64,000 nucleotides of DNA from Octopus sinensis. Its lineage: Eukaryota. Shown here one piece after another: positions 26,018 through 39,374 of the stretch. The position numbers and the translations under genes were made by a program. Below the pieces are notes generated by a model. That model saw only the letters and a program-made list of their open reading frames with translations. It did not search any database and was not told the origin of the DNA. Within the stretch, counting starts at the first letter, position 1. Each line of letters opens with the position of its first letter. Where the stretch lies: assembly GCF_006345805.1 (NCBI RefSeq), contig NC_042999.1:68820001-68884000 (forward strand), written 5' to 3'.

Positions 26018-26339
26018 TATATATATAAGTCGCGATTTAAATAATCATAAGTGAAGAAGGAATATATACATAAATAATAACGATCACTAAGAAAAAGTTC
26101 TATGTATATTTTAAACTCTTCCTGCTTATTTTCCTTTAAATCTCACCTACTGAAGAATACAAATTCGACCTTTTTGATGTTCTCTTTGTGGAAATCTTGG
26201 TCCTTTTGTCAGAGACATTTGTCTGGGAATATGAAATAAAAGCATAATCCATTTTAACATCCAATCTGCTTCATTTAATTTATTTGATGAAATTTATTGA
26301 ACTTTAATAAATTATGTCTGATATTGATTTTACATATAT

Positions 26340-26533
26340 ATATATTACGGAGATGTACTTGCATAGCAAGTGACTTGATCTGAGATCGTGTGCTGGAATG
26401 AAAACAATTGCAGCGTGGAAGCCATTTAAGAAACACACAAAACCGTTAGATTCACTTCAACATTTAAAATTTAATTTGTCAAAATATTTTCGTCGCTTTG
26501 AGGCCGCGACCTGTTCACTGAAAAGCTTCGTGC

Positions 26534-26535
<2 letters not shown>
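26340..26535 (-). mobile_element. Short (TA)n-flanked repeat carrying a hammerhead-like fold (26477-26521), G3-C8 variant
   Basis: Minus strand TCA-GTGAACA-G-GTCGC(GGCCTCAAA)GCGAC-GAAA-ATAT-TT-TGA, with stem III palindrome AATATT. Confidence 0.5.
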
Positions 26536-26619
<84 letters not shown>

Positions 26620-26622
<3 letters not shown>

Positions 26623-27451
26623 ATATATATATATATAAAACTCAACTTGTGCGTCTGTGTGTGTATCTGTGTGTGTGTCTGTGTGTTTAACTTCCCGGCA
26701 CATCTCCTCATAGCCAACAAATCGTAGAACCACCAAAAATGGGTCACTTAAAGTTTAGGCGAATGAAAATTGAACTGCGCTATTTCTCTTCCGAAATTCA
26801 TCCCGCAAGTGCAAAAATCGATAATGTGTTTGTTTAGGCCTTATCCCATGCATTGAATAGTGAACTTTACTCAGTCAGCTGTTTGACGTGAACTGTGTTC
26901 ACCACGCGTGCAAGCATGCGTAAATTGCATGAAAAATAAAAAATCAAGATATAAAAATGAATCGCCGTAAACATTGTAGAAATTCGGCAAAGAAATGGAT
27001 TTTCGGGATGTAGCCTGGAGGGTTTTTTCGGATTAATCGTTTGGACTTTGTGAACACATACCAATTATTTTCATAACATTTTTAACGCTTTGAATTAAAT
27101 GTGACCATTTTGCGTTGAGTCTGCAGTTTGAATCACTTTAACCAAATTTTAGCAGGCCGGATTTTTGATCATCACGATACATCGCCAGCGACTCCCTGAA
27201 ACTCTCCCCGTTGAGAAATACTGATCTAAATGAATAATTGAACAATGCAATTATTTGATCAGCAAAAATTTATGAAACGCTTCTACGTACTTCCTATTCA
27301 GGAAATGGAACACATAAGCACAAAAATAGACGGCATTAAATGCTTGATTTTAAAACGAAAATAATTGAATTTTGATTGAACTTCATCCAAGTTTAGCTTA
27401 ATTCGCGCGTGCATAGAACGCACGAGCGCACGAGCCGGGCAATACTGCTAG
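26620..27451 (+). mobile_element. Non-autonomous Helitron
   Basis: 5' TATATAAAACTCAACTTGTG resembles the 5' end of the 22083 element. The 3' end is GAGCCGGGCAATACTG-CTAG|T. The 5' TC is obscured by (TA)n. Confidence 0.65.
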
Positions 27452-27462
27452 TATATATATAT

Positions 27463-27504
<42 letters not shown>

Positions 27505-27529
27505 ATATATATATTATATATGTATATAT

Positions 27530-27578
<49 letters not shown>

Positions 27579-27699
27579 GTATATATTATATATATGTATA
27601 TATGTATATATGTATATGTATATGCATGTGTGTGTGCGTACATATATATGGTTCAACATTGAGTGCATAAAAACAAAAAGCAAATTACACAGACAGGTA

Positions 27700-27800
27700 A
27701 ACAAACAAGAACCATAAAAGTATTTGACGTTTCGAGCCTGAGCGCTTCTATAGAAAGGAAATAAGGAGAGAAAGCATTTAGCGAGAAGAAAAAGATGAAG
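27700..27800 (-). mobile_element. PLE-end-like fragment with dead hammerhead core
   Basis: Minus strand TTT-CTATAGA-A-GCGC(TCAG)GCTC-GAAA-CG-TC-AAA, with core positions 5 and 6 mutated. Confidence 0.4.
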
Positions 27801-28153
27801 AGGAAAATAGTATGTATGGATTGACAGTTTCATATATTGAATAAATATTTATGATCAGGCATGTTAGAATGAAACAGAAAAGTAAATAGCAAGGTTACTG
27901 ACGTACGAATAGTACAAAAAGTTCCAAAAGTTCGAGCAGCCGTGGTAGATTTTTCTCATACGCACACACAACATACATACATACATACATACACACATAC
28001 ATACATACATACATACATACATACATACATACATACATACATACATACATACACACACACATACATACATACACATATATATATATATACATACACAAAA
28101 ATATGAGTATGTATGTATGTATCTATAAATATATAAATATAAATATATATATA

Positions 28154-28643
28154 TAAGAAATATTGAATTTCTAAATCTCTCGTAGAGACCTGTACGGAGG
28201 TGGGGCGATAGAATGGTTGTATACTGTCAATCTAACAAGAACGTGACAGTAGGGGGTACACCACCGTTGTATAGCCCTAGGAGGCATCGAACGCCTCCTG
28301 ACAGCTTCGACACGAGAGATTTAGAAATTCAATATTTCTTATTTTGATAATCAGTGAATAGACTTCACTGAGTTTACATATATACAGATACGAAGTCCAG
28401 ACAAATATCACCAGCCGACCGGTGTCTGCTACTCTAGGCCGATGAAGGACAATGATCCTGAAACACGGTGTCCCTAGATGCAGTTCTGGCGGTTGGGGGT
28501 GTTTGTCTCCCCTTCGTATATGTATGTAAGGACACAGGGAAAAAATGTGTCGAAGCTGTCAGGAGGCGTTCGATGCCTCCTAGGGCTATACAACGGTGGT
28601 GTACCCCCTACTGTCACGTTCTCGTTAGATTGACAGTATACAA

Positions 28644-28646
<3 letters not shown>
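28154..28646. mobile_element. Hammerhead-bearing element with two interleaved inverted repeats
   Basis: A 100-bp IR at 28214-28313/28547-28646 (1 mismatch seen) and a 30-bp IR at 28154-28183/28312-28341. (TA)n flanks both sides. Confidence 0.8.
28433..28478 (+). ncRNA. Type I hammerhead ribozyme (U4C core variant)
   Basis: TCTAGG-CCGATGA-AGGA(CAATGA)TCCT-GAAA-CAC-G-GTG-TC-CCTAGA: 6-bp stem I, 4-bp stem II, GUC site. Confidence 0.75.
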
Positions 28647-28709
<63 letters not shown>

Positions 28710-28714
<5 letters not shown>

Positions 28715-29563
28715 GGTCATCTCATAACCAATGCGCTTTTTATACTTCTTTTATCTTTCAAAATTAAGATAAACAAAGTTCTTTTTAATCTAAAATAAGC
28801 TCTCCTTCATTTTCTACAATGCTCTTCCATCTATCTGGTAAAATTACAATGCCCTTCATCCAAAATTCACTTGTCCATGACGAAAAATATTTTTTCCGTC
28901 CAAATGATTTGGAAGACTGCGGAATAAATGATAACTAGATGGGTCAATATCTGGTGAATATGGTGGGTGTGGAATCATTTCGCATTCAAACTGCTCCAGC
29001 CTTTCGAATGTCATCCTCGCTGTATGTAGGCGAGAATTGTCTCGATGGAAGAACACCTTTCGTCTTGAAACCGAAGATGGTAATTTTTCTTCTAGCACTG
29101 AATTGAATAAGTGGTTGAATGACCTATTTCCAAGCTTCTCTCAAGAGTTACAATGAAATTTTATTCCACCAGGGTTTACAGAATCTTCCAGGATGAGGTT
29201 CGCCTTCTAGGCCGTAGTTTCCGGCTCGGAATTTCTGGAACCACCGTTGACAGCGGCTGACTCTTATTGTCCGATCCCCCTATACTGCATTAATATTCCT
29301 CGCACTTTCTGTTGCGTTGTTGCCTTTATTGAACTCATAAAGCAAAATATGCCGAATATGCTTCTTTGTCTGTTCCGTTATAGCTTTGAAAAGATAACTG
29401 TTAAAATTGGACTGCATTCTTCAAAACTTGCACTAAGAATAAAGACAAGATAAAATTACTACCTGCTTTTATAGCAAGTTGATGCAAGTAGTTTATCCCG
29501 TCCCTCTCTGACTTTTAGTTCATACAATTGAAAAAAAACGGAATATTTATGGGATGACCCAAT
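28710..29563 (-). mobile_element. Deleted mariner element with TIRs and TA TSD
   Basis: TIRs (T)GTTGGGTCATCTCATAA and TTATGGGATGACCCAATA. The minus strand encodes KHIRHILLYEFNKGNNATESARNINAVYG...WFQKFRAG and HRDNSRLH...HPPYSPDIDPSSYHLFRSL. Confidence 0.9.
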
Positions 29564-29980
29564 ATGTATGTGTATTTAGAAACTTTAAGGACGAGTAATA
29601 TTTCATTTTTGGTATGATGAGTCTCTAAGTAAATAAAGCCACAAATTATATCATTTAAATATTGGAATAACCCCCTAGGATAGAAGAGGTCGAAGGTAGC
29701 TGGTGGGACTCAAACCCATATATCATGTAAGCATGACAGATGTTCTACTATTGTATCAAACAAACCCTTGCAATTTCGCCATTCATTTTGGAAGCTTTGT
29801 CCTTACCAGCGAGAATTGTATGTTGCTTACATCAAAAGAATTTAGAAACTTCCAGAGCAAGAAATCCTATTAGGAATGGTGAATCTCGAAGCACATAGAG
29901 CGATAAATGATAGCGTGTAAACATTGGGCTGAAGACATACAAACATATTTATTTGCATATGTATACGTATATATGTTAAC

Positions 29981-30011
<31 letters not shown>

Positions 30012-30081
30012 TGTATGTATGTATGTATGTATGTATGTATGTATGTATGTATGTATGTATGTCTTAAGGATGTATCATGTT

Positions 30082-30582
30082 GCATGGTCGGGTTATCGGC
30101 GACTAAACCGGCAACCCCACCAAGCTTGCTTGGTGAGGAGGGTATTTATTGGACACTCTGCGGGATGAAAACCAAGACCCATCAAAGGGCGGAGGAACTC
30201 TTGAGAGTCAACGGCCATCCAATAAATGTCTTAAGGCTATATCATGCGCAGTGATACAGGAATAATCGGACTGAATACCCGATCACGCGGTTAAACCATT
30301 GGGAGTGAAGGACTCATAGCCTTTGTTAGGGCATCCTTCTAGGAGAAGGTAACTCAAGTAACTGGGCTAACTCCGACATAAAACCTGCGGCTCAGTGGTT
30401 ACTGATGACGTTGACTTGTTCTTCTTTTCGGGTTATGGCTGCTGTTGCTTAGTGAATGAGATTGACTCAGTGCACAGCCTTTCCTCACTTAAAAAATATC
30501 TTCTTGCACAGGCATTGCACGATAACAACATTGATTAAGTTTCGTGCAATGGCCATACTCGATAACGAGGGGGCAGCCACCA
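30082..30582 (+). mobile_element. Non-autonomous retroelement with RTE-like 5' UTR, embedded in (ATGT)n
   Basis: GGGCATCCTTCTAGGAGAAGGTAACTC resembles RTE 5' UTR motifs. A second copy lies inverted at 43205-43568. (ATGT)n is present on both flanks. Confidence 0.6.
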
Positions 30583-30701
30583 TGTATGTATGTATGTATG
30601 TATGTATGTATGTATTGTGGTGAGAGTCATTGACACCCCTGGTGGATTAAAGAATGGACTAGCTGAACTTCTATGAATAGTTGATGTCGGTAGTAGTCGT
30701 T

Positions 30702-30757
<56 letters not shown>

Positions 30758-31149
30758 TGTGTGTGTGTGTGTGTGTGTGAGTGAGAGTGAGAGAGAGCGT
30801 TTTTGGTAGTCTCGCGAAGTACGTCGTGCGAACACATTGATTAATCCTCCGCTGCATAATTTATCTATACCAACTATGGCAGGATGTATGCATGTATGTA
30901 TGTACGTATGTAAGTATGTATGTATGTATGTATATATGTATGTATACACACACACATATGTGCTTATGTGTATAGACATATGCTTTCATGTATGTTTATA
31001 TATGTCATCCAATAATGTTACTGATTATTCCATATACCTGGACAGAATGTCACCATCGGTTTCATAATATATATGTTATGATATTTGATAATACTCACAC
31101 ACTCACCTCCACATATATACACACACACACATATAGATATGCCCGCATA

Positions 31150-32036
31150 CGAGGTCTGATCAATAAGTATCCGGACTGTTGCCATAATAACGAAATTAAA
31201 GCATGCAGAGTAAAACTATTTGGTAAAAATTTACCTTGACCTCTCTTGTGCATGCGCACTAAGTTTTAACTTTCTGACTTACATTTGCTTTTACAGCAGC
31301 GCTTAGAAGGAAGGTGTGTTGCATGTGATCGTCGCATTGACCATGACAGTGAACGTTGTAATGGCGATGCCTGCTCGGAAGCCTGCACAGTGTTGCAGAA
31401 AGAGTATGGAGAGGAGTGTATGAGCTGTACACAAGTGTAAGAGTGGTTCAGATGTTTTGAAGATGACCGGAAAAAATGTCGCTATTGACGAACGTTCTGG
31501 GAAACACGCAACCAGCAGAACTGAGAAAAACATCATAGATGTGAGTGCAGCTGTGAGGAGAAATCATCGAACCACCATCTGTGATTTATCAGAGGATGTG
31601 CAGATTAGTTACGGTTCAGTTCAGTCCACTATCACTGAAGTTTTGGGTATGAGACGCATGTCTGCCAAGTTTGTACCAAAACTGCTTTCAGCTGACCAAA
31701 AAGACACTCGGGTTTCAGTTGCCCAAGATCTCCTTGGTTGTGTTGTGAACGATAAAATCTTTTTGAAAACTGCGCGTAGGCCTCCGGGCAGGCATCACCA
31801 AGCTTTTGGCAAAATTTGATGCAGCTTCTCTTCTCAACTTACTTTGGAATATTCAATGCGACAATCACACGCTACACAATTTCCTTTCAAGCACTGCTGT
31901 AAATAGCGGAAGTGAGCTAGAACGTTAAAAGTTAGTGCGCATGCACAGCAGAGTTCAAGGTCAATCTGTGCCAAGTGGCTTTACTCTGTGTGCTTTAGTT
32001 TCGTTACTATGCCTGATACTAATTGATCAGACCACG
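31150..32036 (+). mobile_element. Mariner deletion derivative with about 165-bp terminal inverted arms, TA TSD
   Basis: TA|CGAGGTCTGATCAATAAGTATC...GATACTAATTGATCAGACCACG|TA. ORF 31457-31819 contains DERSGKHATS...VQISYGSVQSTITEVLGMRRMSAKFVPKLL (HTH plus WVP-like motif) and no DDD domain. Confidence 0.9.
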
Positions 32037-32104
32037 TATGTGTACATGTAGCTATCTATCTATCCATATTAAATATGTATGTAAGTATGTATGTATTATG
32101 TATG

Positions 32105-32184
<80 letters not shown>

Positions 32185-33137
32185 ATATATATACTGCGTC
32201 GTACTGTGGGTGGGTGTCTTCTATAACCTCGCTCCGACCAAAGCCTTGTGAGTGGATTTAGTTGGCGGAAACTGAAAGAAGCCCGCAGTATATAGGTACA
32301 TGTACTACTAGGTGTGTGACTTTGCTCCCTGGAATGCGCACGCGCGTGCTTGTGTTTGTGTGTGTGCGCGTGTGTGTGTGAGTATGTGAGTGTGTGTGTA
32401 TCTATGTGCGTGCGTATATATATAAATATGTCTGATATATATATATACATAAATATGTCTGACTGCATGTTTGTGTGTGTGTGTGTGTGGAGTGCGCAAG
32501 TTTGTCTGTGTTTATGTGTGTGTGTGTGTGTACTTTCTTTCTTGTTTACATGCATAAATACCGAAACGTTTCTAAAACAACGCTTGATTATTAATATGCA
32601 AATGTGTGTCGCATTTGCCAGCGGCCATTACGGGATCAGACTTGACACAAAATACTCTCGACATTGACACATGGAACAATGGCGGCCAAAGACTTGTCAC
32701 ATGTTCAGCTAAAGCCATATCGGGCAATTCTGTGTATTGTATGTGTGCGTTTGTTTGTTTTTGCGGTCGTTACTCTGCACTGACTTCCTTCCATTTAAGA
32801 AGTTAACACGAAGCTTACACTAACAAAACGAATGTAACTAAACAACCGGAAGTTGTCAACAATCGCTAATTACCATCTTCTATTTCGTGTTTGATTATTA
32901 TTTTTAATTCTTTGCTTTTATTTCCTCTTTTTGCTGTTTCTCGTCTTTGTATTTTCTTGTTACGTTGTTTTTATCTGACATCTGTCTATTAATGCTTGAT
33001 ATTGTATTTCATGCCTTCTGCTGTCTGTTTTCATTTTTCATATTATGATGTTGCTCTAATTACTGTTGTTGTTGTTGTTGTTCACAATATATTCTTGGCT
33101 GGAGCGGACTCTGGCCATCTCTCTGGCGATCAGGTGT

Positions 33138-33186
33138 TCGCGACTGAGGAGGAACAAACTAGCTCGAAACCGGATCGCTCTCGCGA
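33138..33186 (+). ncRNA. Type I hammerhead ribozyme with canonical core
   Basis: TCGCGA-CTGAGGA-GGAAC(AAACTA)GCTC-GAAA-CCG(GAT)CGC-TC-TCGCGA. Stem I is perfect, and stems II and III each carry a mismatch. Confidence 0.7.
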
Positions 33187-33469
33187 TCCTATCGTCTACT
33201 GGAGGGTGTTAGGGGTTTGCTCCTCTACTGGCAATGTATATGTACAGAGTGCAGTGCTGTACGGATAACCAGCTGGCAGGATATCTGCCTGGGGTTAAAT
33301 TAGTGATAACGTGGAACAGCCACATTGATGGGCAAAGATATGGGGAAAGAGAGAGAGAAAGGGGAAGAGAACGTAAGAGAGAGGATGAGAAAGAGAGGGC
33401 AAAAGAGGGAGGATGAGAGAGAAAGAGGTATATGCGACGTATCGAAGGTGGTAGAGGCCTTATACAGCG

Positions 33470-34610
33470 AGAAAACTATTACAAAATAACCACCAGAGGA
33501 CTACAGGGATACCTACTTCGGAAGCCAGGAAAAGTAATACAAATAGCCAAAAATCATGAACAAAACAAACAAAAAAACTGTTTTCTGTCTTTAAGGAAGC
33601 TGACAAAAAAAAAATAAATAAAAGAAGTTTTAGTACCTGACAACTACGAAGAAAAAGAAGAAACAACAAAAGCTGTAAACAACTGACTTCCAAACTAAAA
33701 TCGGAACAGCAACGTATGATAAAGCGATGGCAAGAAAAGTCCCTACATGGCAAATATTGGGTTAAACTAAACAGAAAAGAAATAGACAAAGCAAAAACCC
33801 GACAATGGCTGAGAAGCTCAGGACTCAAAGCAGAGACTGAAGGATTTTAATTGCAGTACAAGATCAAAGCCTTCTCACCAGAAATCGCGAAGAACCCGTA
33901 ATGAAAAGAAATACAAGTAACCGCAGAATAAGTTGTGATGGCGAAGAAATAATAAATATTATATAATATTGTCTCTGGCTGCTCAGTCCTGGCTAAGAAG
34001 GAATATATTCACAGACACAACAGAGTCAGGAGCTATATATATATATACAGGAAGCTATGCCAAAATTATGGATTAACAACGGAAAAACAGATGGTATAGG
34101 CACACCCCTAAAAAGGTCACAGAAAATGAGAAAGCAACCATACCGAGGAATATACCAATACGCACTGATAAAGAAATTAAGGCCAATAGGCCGGATATAG
34201 TTGTTAGAGATCACCAAGAAAAAATACTTTCTATTCGATGTAGCAATACCTGCAGATAACGATGTTTCTCTAAAAGAAACGGAGAAACTTTTAAAATACA
34301 AAGATTAAGAAATAGAGGTAACTCGAATGTGGAGCCTAAAAACAGAAACAATTCCTATTAGCCGCATTAGGTATGATAAAAAAAAAAACAATATTAAGAC
34401 AAATATATAACAAAAACACCAGGGCTTACAAGTATTTATAACATACAGAAAATAACACTGCTAGGCACCGCACACGTCTTACGTAAAACACTTTCAATAC
34501 AGTGAAAATAAAAGCACCACAATAAACAACTGCACATACCCATGGCACACAGAGCTGCGCTCGGTAGTGCAGTGCAAGTACGTGATAAAAATAAGACTAC
34601 TGAATAACAA
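33470..34610 (+). mobile_element. R4/Dong-like non-LTR retrotransposon 3' 1.1 kb
   Basis: KEIDKAKTRQWLRSSGLKAETEG...QDQSL, a degenerate CCHC region (IVSGCSVLAKKEYIHRHN), RLE ANRPDIVVRD...FDVAIPAD...KETEKL.KYKD, and a 3' UTR ending (AAC)n(AAT)n. Confidence 0.9.
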
Positions 34611-34629
34611 CAACAACAATAATAATAAT

Positions 34630-34856
34630 AATGGTTTCAAATTTTGGCACAAGGCCAGAAATTTCAGGAGAGGGGGTAAGTCGATTACGTCAACTCCAGT
34701 GCTCAACTAGTACTTATTTTATCGACCCCGAAATGAAGAAAGGCAACGTGAACTTCGGCCGAATTTGGACTCAGAACGTAAAGACAGACGAAATTCCGCT
34801 AAGCATTTTGTCTGGCGTGCTAACGAGTCTATCAGCCTGCCGCCTTAATAATAATA

Positions 34857-34910
<54 letters not shown>

Positions 34911-34924
34911 TGATGATAATGATC

Positions 34925-34985
<61 letters not shown>

Positions 34986-35011
34986 TCATAATGATCATAA
35001 TAATAATAATA

Positions 35012-35052
<41 letters not shown>

Positions 35053-36699
35053 TAAAAATAATAATAATAAAAATAATAATAATAATGATAATAATAATAA
35101 CCACCACAACAACAACAACAACAACGACAACGACAACAATCACAACAACAACAAGAACTTCACTACTGCTACCAATAATAATAATAACCTCCCAAATAGT
35201 GGAGCTTTCTTTTCTCCTTTGCATGAAACTAGCAGTCATCTAGATAAATGCAGTCCAACCCCTAAACATCAACAGCTACAAAAATTAATATAAATGCAAA
35301 TCAAATAAGGAGTCCAGTCTTGTATCAAAAAGTCATTACCAGAGAAAATAATACATAACCCCTCCCCCTTTTTTATTATTTCGATCCATTAAACATCAAG
35401 GCAGAAGGAAGGGGCATTGACTTTCTTTTGGTTGGATATAAGGTGCGGGTATCATACGTCTTGTCTTAACAATACATGAGCAAGTAAGAAGGCTTGCGCG
35501 GCCACATAACTTTTAACAATATAACGTCCTTTTGTAGTCTCGCTCTAAAGATGTCTGTAACAGTAGCTACAACGAGGCACGTAATGTGTGAGAACATGAA
35601 GAAAAACAATACTAAATACAACAACAACAACAACAAAAGCGACTGCTTCGTTGAAACGTTTTAACATATCCGTGACAATGTAAATTTTGTCCGTAACAAT
35701 CATTTCTTTCGCGACATCATTTGTAGTCAGAGTGAAACAGAGAAAATGATTAAATGCTACAAGACATTTAGAATAGCAAGGAGAATGGTCTCCGACAAAG
35801 GTATAAGGCCGCATAGTTTGGGTGGAGGGCTTTACCCCAGTTTATGGACCCTTCCCCATTCCTCGCCAGCATTTGGTTGATATTTTTATTTAATCACTTC
35901 CGGAAGGTTGAAAGGAAAAGTTGACCTTGATGAGATCATCACGCAGAACGCAAAGGGACGCAAATACATATTGCAATAATAACAAGAACAATCCTTTCTA
36001 CTAAAGGCACAAGGCCTGAAATTACATCGACCCCAGTGTTTCACTGGTACTTAATTAATCAACACCGAAAAGATGAAAAGCAAAGTCGACTTCGGCCGAA
36101 TCTGAACTCAGAACGTAACGGCCGACGAAATACCTATTTCTTTACTACCCACAGGGGGCTAAACACAAAGAGGACAAACAAGGACAGACAAATGGATTAA
36201 GTCGATTATATCGATCCCAGTGCGTAACGGGTACTTAGTTTATCGACCCCGAAAGGATGAAAGGCAAAGTCGACCTCGGCGGAATTTGAACTCAGAACGT
36301 AACGGCAGACGAAATACGGCTACACATTTCGCCCGGCGTCCTAACGTTTTTGCCAGCTCGCCGCTTTAATAATGATTATAATGATGATGATGATGATAAT
36401 AATAATAATTATAATGATGATGATGATGATGATAATGATGATGATAATAATAATAATAATAATAATAATGGTTTCAAATTTTATCACAAGGGCAGCAATT
36501 TTGGGGGAAGGAACGAGTCGATTACATCGAACCCAGTATTCAACTGGTACTTATTTTATCGACCCTGAAAGGATGAAATGCAAAGTCGAACTCAGTGGAA
36601 TTTGACCTCAGAGAGTAGCGACGGGTGAATTTCCGTCCAGTGTGCAAACCATTCTGCTAGCTCACCGCCTTAATAATAGTAGTAGTAGTAGTAGTAGTG

Positions 36700-36757
<58 letters not shown>

Positions 36758-37025
36758 CAGCAGCAGCAGCAGCAATAACAACAGCAACAACAACAACAAC
36801 AACAATAATAATAATAATCTTTTCTACTATAGGCACAAGGCCCGAAATTTTGGGGTAGGGGGCCAGTCGATTAGATCGACCCCAGTGCACAACTGGTACT
36901 TTATTTATCGACCCAGAAAGGATGAAAGGCAAAATCGACCTCGGTGGAATTTGAACTCAGAACGTAACGGCAGACGAAATACTGCTAAGCATTTCGCCCG
37001 GCGTGCAAATGTTTCTGCCAGCTCA
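34630..37025 (-). mobile_element. Series of minus-strand SINE-A copies (34630-34845; dimer 35990-36365; 36470-36670; 36820-37025) separated by (AAT)n/(GAT)n/(AGT)n
   Basis: Recurrent GGCACAAGGCC...ATCGACCCC...GAAAGGATGAAAGGCAAAGTCGACCTCGGCGGAATTTGAACTCAGAACG. Confidence 0.9.
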
Positions 37026-37246
37026 ATTCTTTCTGATATGAGCACAAGACCATTAATTTTGAGGGGAAGGGTAAGACCGTACTATGAAACCGAATACTTT
37101 TATGATATTTTCTTTTATGGACAAGGACGGCATGAAACAAGGTTCACCTGATTGTATGAAGATGATTTCTTTATTTAATTCAAGATTATCTAAATCATTG
37201 TTTCTAAATTAAGCACAAGGTCTTTTCTTTTTCACTTACACATGTA

Positions 37247-38032
37247 GGCACAGGCATGACTGTATGGTAGGAAGCTTGCTTCCCAAGCACATGGTTCCGG
37301 GTTCAGTCCCACCTGGTGGCACCATAAGCAAGTGTCTTCTACTATAGTCTCAGGCCGACCAAAGCCTTGTGAGTAGATTTGGTAGACGGAAACTGAAAGA
37401 GACCCGTTGTGTGTGTGTGTATGTGTGTGTGTGTGTGAGTGTGTGTGTATCTGTGGTTGTCCTCCCATCACCGCTTGACAACCGGTTTTGGTGTGTTTAC
37501 ATCCCCGTAACTTTACGATTCGGCAAAAGAGATCGCTAGAATAAGCACATATCTTAAAAGTTAAGTACTAGGGTGATGGCAGTGCTCCAGTATGGCCGCA
37601 GTCAATTGACTGAAATAAGTAAAGGAACAAAAAAAAACGAATATATATGTTCTTTTATTCTTTTACTTGTTTCAGTAATTTGACTGCGGCCATGCTGGAG
37701 CACATCCTTTAGTCGAGCAAATCGACCCCATTCTTTGTAAGTGTATTACTTATCCTATCGGAACTTTTGCCGAACCGCTAATTTACAGGGACGTAAACAC
37801 ACCAGCATCAGCACACAGACAGACAGACAGACAGACAGACAGATACACACACACACCACACACACACATAGGTATATACTACGGGCTTCTTTCACTTTCC
37901 GCCTACTAAATCCACTCACAAGGCTTTGGTCGGCCCGAGGCTATAGTAAAAGACACTTACCCAAGTTGCACGCAATGGGACTGAACCCGAAACCATGTGG
38001 TTGGTAAGCAAGCTACTTACCACACAGCCACT
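37247..38032. mobile_element. Tail-to-tail inverted pair of full-length SINE-B copies
   Basis: A plus copy at 37247-37625 and a minus copy at 37655-38032, about 30 bp apart. Confidence 0.85.
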
Positions 38033-38633
38033 CATATTCATATACATATTTATGACCACTTCTTCATTTTTACATATCTAGCCACTTGCAGAAAAAGGTT
38101 AAAAAGGTCATTGGAGGTTTATGGTCATACAGGAGTACAAGAGTAGGCTCATGAACACTGATTTCTTGGATTCTGTGACATAGTGAAACATCTGCCTCTT
38201 GGACAGGACATTATTCCGTCGTAAGATTACTCATTTTTGCCAGCTGAGTGACCAGGAGTGACTGTTCAGGTGAGAAACCTATAAGCCAAGGAAACCAGGA
38301 GACCGGCCCTTATGAGTCAGGTATGGCTCGAGAAGGAACAAACAATATATATACATACATACATACATATATGCGTGGCTGTGTGGTAACAAGCTTGCGT
38401 CCCAACCACATGGTTCTAGGTTTAGTCTCACTGTGTGGCACCTTGGGCATGTATCCTCTACTATAGTCTCAGGCCGAGCAAAGCCTAATATATATATATA
38501 TTGTACACACGTATATATGTATATTCTTATTCCTATCTATCTATATAATCTATCTATATAATATATATAATACACAGACATATGTATGTGGTGTAAATAA
38601 GGGTGAGTGATAAAATGTTTATTTCCCAACAAC

Positions 38634-38659
<26 letters not shown>

Positions 38660-38677
<18 letters not shown>

Positions 38678-38999
38678 GAAGGTTTGAAAATGCAATTTTT
38701 AAAGGTTTTATTCACTTGACCGGTTTCACTTATTTAGAAAAAAGGATTGTCAAAAGTAAAATGTAAAGCTTTGTAAAAGCTTTGTTGTGTTAAGTACTGG
38801 TTGTCGCAAAATATTACGATACATATATATATTCTCTGATAATAATGGGAAAAATGTTAAAACACCGTACAAGGAAAAATCTTGAGAAAATATTAGAAAA
38901 TTGATTGAAAATATTAGGATTTCATTAAAAATCATGTTTGTTTGGAAATATCTATATATATACACAGAAAATTATAAGTTCAAAAAGGTCATATTTGGT

Positions 39000-39000
<1 letters not shown>
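38660..39000 (-). mobile_element. PLE pseudo-LTR-like fragment with U3-A8 hammerhead (38711-38760)
   Basis: Minus strand TTTACTT-TTGACAA-(degenerate stem II)-GAAA-CCGG-TC-AAGTGAA. (TA)n on both flanks. Confidence 0.55.
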
Positions 39001-39046
<46 letters not shown>

Positions 39047-39173
39047 CAGAAGGAGATATATTTAGGAGTTTACAAAGAATTTGAGATAAACTGACCTGTT
39101 TTAACCATTTTGTCGTTTCTGTGAAGCTAAATAAAGGCTGATTACTATTTTAAGGGGCAGTGTGGGAGGTTGG

Positions 39174-39232
<59 letters not shown>

Positions 39233-39374
39233 TATATATATATATATAATTATATTATATATACATACACATACATACCATACATATATACATACATACA
39301 TACATATATATGTATAAACCTTGATAAAACTTCGATGTTTCGACCAAAGATCGGTCCAGGCCATGTCTAACTTA

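Noticed and set aside
39325-39362. Minus-strand GACC(GATCTTT)GGTC-GAAAC resembling hammerhead stem II
   Set aside because: There is no recognisable 7-nt core upstream, so it is at best a truncated remnant at the CR1 junction.
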